This document shows positions 1-7,210 of a stretch of DNA of 32,000 bases, piece after piece (position 1 is the stretch's first letter; every line of letters starts with the position of its first letter). The notes below the pieces were generated by a model that made no database searches, had not been told where the DNA came from, and worked only from the letters and a program-made list of their open reading frames with translations. The stretch comes from Candidatus Saccharimonadota bacterium. GTDB lineage: Bacteria > Bacteroidota > Bacteroidia > Flavobacteriales > Blattabacteriaceae. The position numbers and the translations under genes are program-made. The stretch spans positions 120,001 to 152,000 of the forward strand of contig NZ_CP059216.1 in NCBI RefSeq assembly GCF_014252315.1, given 5' to 3'.

Positions 1-1
1 G

Positions 2-487
2 GGATTTAAATCAAAAGGAAACATTATAGATACTAATAAAGTGATAATTACTTCTCTAATTATATTTATTTCTTTTTTATTTTTAGGACAACCTATGTTA
101 AAAATTATAGGTGTTGATGTTCATTCTTTTTCTGTTGCAGGATCAATAGTATTATTTTTAATAGGATTAGAAATGATTTTAGGAGTTGATTTTCATAAAG
201 TATCAGAAAATTCACAAACATCTATAGTTCCAATAGCATTTCCCCTTATTGCAGGTCCTGGATCTTTAACTACATTAATTTCATTAAGAACTACTTATGA
301 TTTAACAATAATTATTTTATCATTATTATTAAATATGATAGTTGTTTATTTTGTTATTGATAAATGTGATTTTATTGCTGAAAAAATTGGAAATAATGGA
401 TTAGATGTACTTAAAAAAATATTTGGAATTGTTTTATTAGCTTTTGCCGTAAAAATATTTGGTGCTAATGCTGGAAAATTAGTTTAA
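2..487 (+). CDS. MarC-family (UPF0056) integral membrane protein, 5'-truncated by the window edge
   Basis: The ORF 41..487 is a hydrophobic multi-TM protein (…FSVAGSIVLFLIGLEMILGV…IAFPLIAGPGSLTT…) of MarC type. The same frame stays open upstream to nt 2 (GFKSKGNIIDTNK), so the GTG at 41 is probably internal. About 160 of roughly 200 expected residues are present. Confidence 0.6.
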   Translation, partial: GFKSKGNIIDTNKVIITSLIIFISFLFLGQPMLKIIGVDVHSFSVAGSIVLFLIGLEMILGVDFHKVSENSQTSIVPIAFPLIAGPGSLTTLISLRTTYDLTIIILSLLLNMIVVYFVIDKCDFIAEKIGNNGLDVLKKIFGIVLLAFAVKIFGANAGKLV

Positions 488-873
488 TAAATTAATATTT
501 TTTATTATGTCAATAAATATTTTATTAATAGATGATACTATATCTATATATGATACATGAAATTTAGACGATTTATAATCAAATATTATATATAATATAA
601 CATTTCTATGTATATATTGTTCCAATATTGATTTTTTATTTAAAAAAGAAGATTTAATTAATCTTCTAATTTTGTTTCTATGTACAGATTTTTTAATTCT
701 TTTTTTTTTACTAAAACTCCTATTAAGTTAACCGTAAAATGTTCATTATGAGAAAAGATTTTTTCTATATAAAAAATGGCAAGTATAGGTTTTTTATATA
801 AACGTTTTCCATAAATAAAAATTTTTTTAAATTTTATTTTTGTTATATTGTTTTTTTTACAAAATTTATTCAT
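479..873 (-). pseudogene. rnpA: RNase P protein component RnpA, frameshifted in an A10 tract (formally a pseudogene as assembled; joined product about 131 aa)
   Basis: The track ORF 658..873 gives the RnpA-like N-terminus (…FKKIFIYGKRLYKKPILAIFY…NLIGVLVKKK). A second frame from the A-run reads RIKKSVHRNKIRRLIKSSFLNKKSILEQYIHRNVILYIIFDYKSSKFHVSYIDIVSSINKIFIDIIKNINLLN*, with its stop at 479-481. That segment contains the conserved RnpA K-x-A/S-V-x-RN-x-I-K/R-R box. The frames switch inside the A10 run at 700..709. Confidence 0.75.
700..709 (-). repeat. Poly(A)10 homopolymer (T10 on + strand) at the rnpA frameshift site
   Basis: Counted directly: c at 699, t at 700-709, a at 710. A11 or A8 would join the two rnpA frames. 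Confidence 0.95.
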
Positions 874-1861
874 ATTCTTTTATGAATTTTTCTAGTTTAA
901 ATACCATATTTTTTGGTCCACAAATAAATGGAATTCTTTGATGTAATTTACAAGGTTTTATATCTAATATTCTTTCATATCCATTAGAAGCTTTTCCTCC
1001 AGCCTGTTCTGTTAAAAATGCAATAGGATTACATTCATATAACAATCTTAATTTTCCATTAGGAGATAATTCTGTTTTAGGATAAATATATATTCCACCA
1101 TGAATCATATTTCTATGAAAATCACTAACTAAAGATCCTATATATCTTGATGTATATAAATTGTTTTTATCTTTTTTTTGACAAAATTCTATAAATTTCT
1201 TAATTCCATTAGAAAATTTTTCATAATTTCCATTATTAATAGAATAAATATTTCCTTTTTTTGGAAAAGATATATAAGGATGAGATAAATAAAAAGTTCC
1301 AAATGAAGGATCTAAAGTAAATCCATGAACACCATTCCCTACACTATAAACTAATATTGTTGAAGATCCATATATAATGTATCCTGCAAGGATTTGCTTA
1401 ATTCCTTTTTGTAAAAAATCATTTATTGTTACTTTTTTTTCACATGAATAATTTTTTTTAAATACAGAAAAAATAGTTCCAATAGGAACATTTACATCAA
1501 TATTAGATGATCCATCAAGTGGATCTATTAAAACAATATATTGATCATTTAATGTATTTTTTTTTTTATTTATTATTATAATATCTTTGCTTTCTTCAGA
1601 TGCTATTCCACAAACAACGTTTCTATGTTTAAAAGATTCTATAAATGTTTTGTGAGCAAAAAAATCTAATTTTTGTTGATTTTCACCCTGAATATTCATT
1701 TTTCCTGAACTACCTATATTTTTAGTTAATCCTACTTTATTTATTTCTTTATGAACTGATTTAGCTGCTAATTTTATAGAACTAAATAATCTTAGTAATG
1801 ATTCTGTAGAATAAGGAAAATTATCCCTATTTTCTATAATAAATTCTCCTAATGTATACAA
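866..1861 (-). CDS. fbp: Fructose-1,6-bisphosphatase class 1
   Basis: 331 aa, full length for the family. It has the class I FBPase metal-binding motif LIDPLDGSSNIDVN and the GGIYIYP…KLRLLYECNPIAFL…AGG region. An internal A11 tract (1557..1567) is in frame (KKKN). Confidence 0.95.
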   Translation of the reverse strand: MYTLGEFIIENRDNFPYSTESLLRLFSSIKLAAKSVHKEINKVGLTKNIGSSGKMNIQGENQQKLDFFAHKTFIESFKHRNVVCGIASEESKDIIIINKKKNTLNDQYIVLIDPLDGSSNIDVNVPIGTIFSVFKKNYSCEKKVTINDFLQKGIKQILAGYIIYGSSTILVYSVGNGVHGFTLDPSFGTFYLSHPYISFPKKGNIYSINNGNYEKFSNGIKKFIEFCQKKDKNNLYTSRYIGSLVSDFHRNMIHGGIYIYPKTELSPNGKLRLLYECNPIAFLTEQAGGKASNGYERILDIKPCKLHQRIPFICGPKNMVFKLEKFIKEYE

Positions 1862-2000
1862 TGGACTTAAAAAATTTTTTTTTTAAACAATATAAATATC
1901 TAATTTTTTTATTAAAAAAACATTAATAATCAACTTTTTATTGTTATAAATTTTATTTATATCATTCCTTTTATATATATTACTTTTTAATTTTTTTTTA

Positions 2001-2762
2001 ATGAAATATATACAAGTACCATTAATATTTTTGTGGAGAACTTGGTTCTTTTTTATTAATCTATTTTTAGTTCCTTTGTGGGCAGGAGTTTCTATTCCTT
2101 TTCTTTTTAGAGAAAAAAATTATCATATTGTATATTGGTTTTATCAAATGTGGGCTAGAAGTAATTTATTTTTAATGGGATTTTGGTATGTTATAGAAAA
2201 AGATAAAGAAATATTAGATAATAATAAACAATATATAATTATTAGTAATCATACTTCTATTATAGACATAATGTTAATTTTTTCTATAATGAGAAATCAT
2301 CCATTAGTTTTTGTAGGAAAATCAGAATTAGCTAAACTACCTTTTTTTGGTTTTGTATACAAAAAAACTAATATTCTTATAGATAGAAATAATTTATCTA
2401 GTTGTATTAAAGTACTTAAAAAAATACAAAATAAAATAGATTCTGGAAAAAGTATATGTATTTTTCCAGAAGGAAGAGTTTCTAATTCTTCAACATTGTT
2501 AAATCCATTCAAGGATGGAGCTTTTTTTATTGCTATAATAAATAAAATATCAATAATACCATTTACTATAGCAGATATAAAAAAAAAATTTCCAAATTTT
2601 TTTGTTATTAAAGGATGTCCTGGTAAAATAAGAGTTAAACAACATCATTCAATATCTACAAAAAATCTTTCATTAAAAGATAAAAATAATTTAAAAAAAA
2701 AGTGTTTTGATATAATCAAATATCAATTAAAAATATTTAATAATAAAAATGTAAATAAATGA
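2001..2762 (+). CDS. plsC: 1-acyl-sn-glycerol-3-phosphate acyltransferase
   Basis: 253 aa with an N-terminal TM segment. It carries the acyltransferase motifs NHTSIIDI (NHxxxxD) and FPEGR. Confidence 0.9.
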   Translation: MKYIQVPLIFLWRTWFFFINLFLVPLWAGVSIPFLFREKNYHIVYWFYQMWARSNLFLMGFWYVIEKDKEILDNNKQYIIISNHTSIIDIMLIFSIMRNHPLVFVGKSELAKLPFFGFVYKKTNILIDRNNLSSCIKVLKKIQNKIDSGKSICIFPEGRVSNSSTLLNPFKDGAFFIAIINKISIIPFTIADIKKKFPNFFVIKGCPGKIRVKQHHSISTKNLSLKDKNNLKKKCFDIIKYQLKIFNNKNVNK

Positions 2763-2789
2763 AAAAATTTAAAAAATGATATTTTTTTT

Positions 2790-3296
2790 ATGAATAAAAA
2801 AATTCACATTTATACAGATGGATCTTCAAAAGGTAATCCTGGACCAGGAGGTTATGGTATTTTTATTGAAACATTTTTTAAAAATCTTTATTATAGAAAA
2901 ATTTTTTATGAAGGATATCGTTATACAACTAATAATAGAATGGAATTACTTGCTGTAATAACAGGATTAAAAAAAATAAATACAAAATATAATGTTACAG
3001 TATTTACTGATTCTAAATATATTGTTAATGCTGTAGAAGAAAAATGGATTTACAAGTGGAATAATAATAACTTTCTTAATAAAAAAAATGTAGATTTATG
3101 GAAAGAATTTTTAAAATTATTTTTATCAAATTCAATGATAATACATTGGGTAAAATCACACGATGATAATTATATAAATAATTATTGTGATCAATTGTCT
3201 GTTAAAGCATCTAAAAAAAAAAAATTAAAAGTTGATTACATATATGAAAAAACTTGTAGAAAAAAAATTTTTAATGAGAAAAAAATTTTTGTCTAA
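2790..3296 (+). CDS. rnhA: Ribonuclease HI
   Basis: 168 aa. RNase H1 motifs are present: IYTDGSSKGNPGPGGYG, NNRMELLAV, TDSKY. An A12 tract (3213..3224) is in frame (KKKK). The 3' end overlaps the convergent methyltransferase gene by 26 nt. Confidence 0.92.
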   Translation: MNKKIHIYTDGSSKGNPGPGGYGIFIETFFKNLYYRKIFYEGYRYTTNNRMELLAVITGLKKINTKYNVTVFTDSKYIVNAVEEKWIYKWNNNNFLNKKNVDLWKEFLKLFLSNSMIIHWVKSHDDNYINNYCDQLSVKASKKKKLKVDYIYEKTCRKKIFNEKKIFV

Positions 3297-4053
3297 TAAT
3301 TTCGTATGTAATTATAGACATTGCACTATTTACATTTAAAGAATCTATATTTCCAAACATAGGTATTTTTATAATTTTAAAGGCTTTTTTCATCCATATA
3401 TTAGATACACCTTTATTTTCTGATCCAAATACAATAGAAATATTAGAAATAGGAAAATTTACATCATATAAATTATTAGAATTATTTTTAAATCCTGATA
3501 CAATAATTTGAAATTTATTTTTTTTCATCCAATATAAAACATATTCAATTTTTTCTATTATAATATTATTTGTAAATACAGATCCTAAACTACATCTAAT
3601 TACATTAGGATTAAAAATATAAGTTTTTATATTACATAATATTACAATATCAAATTTAGCTGATTCTGCAATTCTTAATATTGCACCTAAATTACCAGGT
3701 TTTTCTATTCCATCTAAAATTAAAACTAAATAATTATTATAATCTTTTTTTATATTATAATTTTCTAATCTATTAAAAGGTTTTTCCTCAAATATTACAA
3801 TAATTCCATCTGAATTATCTCTATAAGCTAATCTACGAAATTTTTTTATATTAATAATATTTACAATAGATCTATAATTTTTTATTAAATAAAATTGTGT
3901 AAATATCTTATTACAAATAAATATTTGTATTGGAATAAAATTACCTTTTATAGCCATTTTAAATTCTCTTATACCTTCTACTAAAAATTTTTTTTTTTTT
4001 TTCAATCTTTTTAACTTTATATCTGTGTGTAGAATATTATGTAATATTTTCAT
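3271..4053 (-). CDS. TrmH/SpoU-family RNA 2'-O-methyltransferase (RlmB-like, with N-terminal substrate-binding domain)
   Basis: 260 aa. SPOUT motifs are present: LDGIEKPGNLGAILRIAESA, IVFGSENKGVS, IPMFGNIDSLNVNSAMSIITYEI. An A15 tract (3988..4002) is in frame (KKKKK). Confidence 0.85.
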   Translation of the reverse strand: MKILHNILHTDIKLKRLKKKKKFLVEGIREFKMAIKGNFIPIQIFICNKIFTQFYLIKNYRSIVNIINIKKFRRLAYRDNSDGIIVIFEEKPFNRLENYNIKKDYNNYLVLILDGIEKPGNLGAILRIAESAKFDIVILCNIKTYIFNPNVIRCSLGSVFTNNIIIEKIEYVLYWMKKNKFQIIVSGFKNNSNNLYDVNFPISNISIVFGSENKGVSNIWMKKAFKIIKIPMFGNIDSLNVNSAMSIITYEIIRQKFFSH

Positions 4054-4067
4054 ATTATATTTGAATT

Positions 4068-4504
4068 ATGAGATTAGAAATAAACAGAAAAAATGATTTA
4101 AAATATATAAAGTTAGCTATAGAAAAATCAAAACTTTCTTTTTGTAAAAAAAAAAAGTAGGAGCAATAATAGTTAACAATAGTAATATTATTTCTTTTGG
4201 ATATAATAAAAATCCAATTAAATATGAACATGAATGTGAAGATTATTATGGAAATACAAAATGGTATGTATTACATGCAGAAGCAAATGCAATATTAAGG
4301 TTAACATATTCATCAATAAATATATATAGTAAAAATTCACCATATACTACTATATATGTCACACATTCTCCATGTAAAGAATGTAGTAAATTAATATACC
4401 TTTCCAAAATTAAAAGAGTTGTATTTTTACATATAAAAAATAATAATGGATTAGATTTATTAAAAAAATTAAAAATAATAGTAAATCAAATTTTTTTAAA
4501 ATAA
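4068..4504 (+). pseudogene. Deoxycytidylate (dCMP) deaminase, ComEB-type, frameshifted in an A11 tract (joined product about 145 aa); absent from the ORF track
   Basis: Hand translation. ATG 4068 gives MRLEINRKNDLKYIKLAIEKSKLSFCKKKK and then TAG at 4158. The frame starting at 4157 reads VGAIIVNNSNIISFGYNKNP…WYVLHAEANAILR…THSPCKECSKLIYLSKIKRVVF…K*, with its stop at 4502-4504. The zinc-binding motifs HAExNA and PCxxC and the C-x4-VGA junction are all typical of dCMP deaminase. The downstream 115 codons contain no Met. Confidence 0.8.
4146..4156 (+). repeat. Poly(A)11 homopolymer at the dCMP deaminase frameshift site
   Basis: Counted directly: tgt(4143-4145), a x11 (4146-4156), then gta. A12 or A9 would be in frame. 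Confidence 0.95.
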
Positions 4505-4519
4505 AAAATATAAACAAAA

Positions 4520-4603
4520 ACCCAAGTGGCGAAATAGGTATACGCATTGGATTCAAACTCCAACGATTTTATTATCATGCGGGTTCGATTCCCGCCTTGG
4601 GTA
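4520..4603 (+). tRNA. tRNA-Leu (anticodon CAA), type II with long variable arm, CCA not encoded
   Basis: The only GC-rich island in the region. The acceptor ACCCAAG (4520-4526) pairs with CTTGGGT (4596-4602). The D arm is GCG/CGC with GG in the loop. The anticodon stem is TTGGA/TCCAA with loop TTCAAAC (anticodon CAA at 4554-4556). There is a 15-nt variable arm, a T arm GCGGG-TTCGATT-CCCGC, and discriminator A at 4603. Confidence 0.93.
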
Positions 4604-4634
4604 CAAAAAATATACAATTTTTTATTTTTTTAAA

Positions 4635-6347
4635 TCAAAATAAAAAATATCTTTGAGAAAGTGGTAATACTTTAGATGGTTTAGATTCAACTTTATTTCC
4701 GTTAATATAAACAGAATATGTTTTAGGATCTATTTCTATATTAGGAGTTTCTCCATTCAATATCATATCTTTTTTAGATAAATTACGACATCCTTTTATA
4801 GTTTTTATTTGTTTTTTTATTTCTTCTTTATTAAAAAAATCATTATTATTAATTGTATGAGAAGAAACGAATATACTACTTAATTTTGGGTCAAAATAAC
4901 CAAACATTTTTCTATACATAAATGGTTGAGGACTAGGAATAGTTGCATTAGGATCTCCTACACAAGCATAAACAATCATTCCTCCTTTTATAACTAATTC
5001 AGGTTTTACTCCAAAAAATGATGGTTTCCATAAAACTAAATCAGCCATTTTCCCCGTATTAATAGATCCTACATAATTGGATATACCATGAGTAATAGAT
5101 GGATTTATTGTATACTTGGAAATATATCGTTTTACTCTAAAATTATCATTGTTAATATCATCATTATTACTTGTTATTGATCCTATCTGATTTTTCATTT
5201 TATCAGCAGTTTGCCATGTTCTTCTAACTACTTCACCTATTCTTCCCATTGCTTGAGAATCTGAACTAACCATGCTAATAGCCCCCATATCATGTAAAAC
5301 TCCTTCTGCACTAATTGTTTCAGATCTTATTCTAGATTTAGCAAAAGATATGTCTTCTGGTAAATTAGAATCTAAATGATGACAAATCATTAACATATCT
5401 AAATGTTCGTCTATGGTATTATGAGTATAAGGCATAGTAGGACTTGTAGAAGAAGGCAAAACATTAGTTTTAGATATAACTTTTAATAAATCAGGAGCAT
5501 GTCCACCTCCAGCTCCTTCTGTATGATAAGTATGTATTGTTCTATTTTCAAACAATTTTATTGTATCTTCTATATAACCAGATTCATTCAATGAATCTGT
5601 ATGGATATTAACTTGTATATCTAATTTTTCAGAAACCTCTAAACATTTATTAATAACACTAGGAGTACTTCCCCAATCTTCATGAATTTTTAAACCTCCA
5701 GCTCCTGCTTCAACTTGTTCTATTAAAGATTTATGATTAGAACTATTTCCATTAGCAAGAATAATAAAATTGATAGGAATATGATCCATATTTTTTAACA
5801 TTTTTTGTATGTTCCAAACGCCTGAAGTACAATTTGTTGCTATACTTCCTGTAGCTGGACCAGATCCCCCCCCAATAATAGTAGTTGTTCCACTTTCTAA
5901 TGCAACGTTAAATAATTGTGGACATATATAATGAACATGACTATCTACACTTCCAGCGGTAACAATTAAATTTTCTGATGAAATAACTTCAGTTCCTGTT
6001 CCTATATACATATTAGATTTAACTCCATCCATAAAATATGGATTACCTGATTTTCCTATACCTACAATAATTCCATTTTTTATTCCAATATCTGCTTTTA
6101 CAATCCCCCAATAATCTATTATTATTGCATTAGTTAATACCAAATCTAATATTCCATCTTTATTTGTTGCAGTAGGATGTTGTCCCATTCCATCCCTAAT
6201 AACCTTTCCTCCTCCAAAAACACATTCGTCTCCATAAGTAGTATAATCTTTTTCTATTTCAATCCACAAAGAAGTATCTCCTAAACGTATTTTATCTCCT
6301 TTTGTGGGCCCATACATGTTAGCGTAATCTTTTCTATTTACTTTCAT
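4635..6347 (-). CDS. ureC: Urease subunit alpha
   Basis: All nickel-site motifs are intact: [22 protein letters not shown] (carbamylated Lys), [35 protein letters not shown]. The track ORF extends to 6377. The ATG at 6347 ([15 protein letters not shown]…) matches the usual UreC N-terminus and sits 1 nt after the ureAB stop, so it is preferred. Confidence 0.93.
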   Translation of the reverse strand: MKVNRKDYANMYGPTKGDKIRLGDTSLWIEIEKDYTTYGDECVFGGGKVIRDGMGQHPTATNKDGILDLVLTNAIIIDYWGIVKADIGIKNGIIVGIGKSGNPYFMDGVKSNMYIGTGTEVISSENLIVTAGSVDSHVHYICPQLFNVALESGTTTIIGGGSGPATGSIATNCTSGVWNIQKMLKNMDHIPINFIILANGNSSNHKSLIEQVEAGAGGLKIHEDWGSTPSVINKCLEVSEKLDIQVNIHTDSLNESGYIEDTIKLFENRTIHTYHTEGAGGGHAPDLLKVISKTNVLPSSTSPTMPYTHNTIDEHLDMLMICHHLDSNLPEDISFAKSRIRSETISAEGVLHDMGAISMVSSDSQAMGRIGEVVRRTWQTADKMKNQIGSITSNNDDINNDNFRVKRYISKYTINPSITHGISNYVGSINTGKMADLVLWKPSFFGVKPELVIKGGMIVYACVGDPNATIPSPQPFMYRKMFGYFDPKLSSIFVSSHTINNNDFFNKEEIKKQIKTIKGCRNLSKKDMILNGETPNIEIDPKTYSVYINGNKVESKPSKVLPLSQRYFLF

Positions 6348-6348
6348 A

Positions 6349-6972
6349 TTAAGTATTTTTTTTTCCTGAAAATCCACGAATTTTTTTCATTCCTCCTATT
6401 TCTACAAGAATAATTTCTCTAGTTTCTCCAGGTTCAAATCTAGTAGATCTACCAGACATAATATCTAAACGATACCCTTTTGTTCCTTTTCTATCAAAAA
6501 TAAGAGATAAATTTACTTCATAAAAATGAAAATGAGATCCTATTTGAATAGGTCTACTACCTATATTAGTAACTACTCTTTTTATACGATTTCTATTAGG
6601 TAATAATATAATTTCTTTATTCAACAAATTATATTGTCCTGGAATTATATTCGATTTTTTTTTAATTTTTTTTTTAATAGGATTATGTATAGTTACCAAT
6701 TTTGTTCCATCAGGAAATGTTGCTTCTACCTGTATACTGTTTAATAACTCATATACTCCATCCATAACTTGTTCATCATTTAGTATATTTCCAGCTTCAT
6801 GCATAAGATCTTTAACTTTTTTTCCATCTCTAGCTCCCTCCATAATATAATGAGTTATTAAAGCCAAAGATTCTGGATAATTTAATTTTAATCCTCTTTT
6901 TAGTCTGCTCTTAGCCAATTCTCCTGCCATATACAGAAGTATTTTTTCCTTTTCATAAGAAGTTAAGTGCAT
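6349..6972 (-). CDS. ureAB: Urease gamma/beta fusion subunit (UreA+UreB in one polypeptide)
   Basis: 207 aa. The N-terminal half is UreA-like ([20 protein letters not shown]…[17 protein letters not shown]). The C-terminal half is UreB-like (IPGQY…[19 protein letters not shown]…[16 protein letters not shown]). The two halves are joined by KKKIKKKS. Confidence 0.92.
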   Translation of the reverse strand: MHLTSYEKEKILLYMAGELAKSRLKRGLKLNYPESLALITHYIMEGARDGKKVKDLMHEAGNILNDEQVMDGVYELLNSIQVEATFPDGTKLVTIHNPIKKKIKKKSNIIPGQYNLLNKEIILLPNRNRIKRVVTNIGSRPIQIGSHFHFYEVNLSLIFDRKGTKGYRLDIMSGRSTRFEPGETREIILVEIGGMKKIRGFSGKKNT

Positions 6973-7080
6973 ATATTTATTTTAAATTTTTAATTATTAT
7001 ATTCTAATAGTATTAAAAACATATACTAAAGTTATAAATATTATAAATAATTTATTTATACTATAAAAATTTTTATATAC

Positions 7081-7108
7081 TTAAAATATACTAATTAAAA
7101 TATACTAA
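7081..7108. repeat. Perfect tandem duplication of a 14-bp unit TTAAAATATACTAA in the ureAB/thrA divergent intergenic region
   Basis: 7081-7094 and 7095-7108 are identical by direct reading. A third near-copy, TAAAAACATATACTAA, lies at about 7014-7029. Confidence 0.85.
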
Positions 7109-7210
7109 AAATTGAGATTATAACTAAAAAAAACGTCTCTACTATAAATTATCATTATTTTTGTTATTGTTGAAACAACTACAGGAAAAATTGTAGAAAA
7201 TAATTAAAAA

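Noticed and set aside
658-873. The 71-aa ORF treated as an independent small hypothetical gene
   Set aside because: It is the N-terminal half of rnpA. The conserved RnpA basic box and C-terminus continue in another frame directly after the A10 run.
2297-2512. Antisense or shadow ORFs of 60-114 aa listed in the track (2297-2512, 8315-8503, 14570-14758, 26895-27083, 27392-27655, 28893-29075, 30141-30332, 31577-31921)
   Set aside because: Each lies entirely inside, and antisense to, a well-supported conserved gene (plsC, thrA, tadA, purL, purC, purF, purM/purN). They have low-complexity Phe/Ile/Lys-rich composition and no recognisable motifs. The 31577-31921 ORF is antisense to the clear purN reading frame.
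6348-6377. An extended ureC N-terminus ([10 protein letters not shown]…) overlapping ureAB by 29 nt
   Set aside because: The internal ATG at 6347 gives [15 protein letters not shown], which matches the usual UreC start and sits 1 nt after the ureAB stop. The extension has no conserved counterpart. It is kept as an alternative only.
7148-7207. An Ile/Thr-rich reading frame (IIIIFVIVETTTGKIVENN*) immediately upstream of thrA, reminiscent of a thr-operon leader peptide and attenuator
   Set aside because: It has no ATG, GTG or TTG start, since the frame opens right after a TAA at 7145-7147. Ile codons are expected by composition. The peptide would end 4 nt before the thrA ATG, leaving no room for terminator and antiterminator hairpins, and only a 4-bp GTTG/CAAC stem is visible. 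The three consecutive Thr codons are curious but insufficient.
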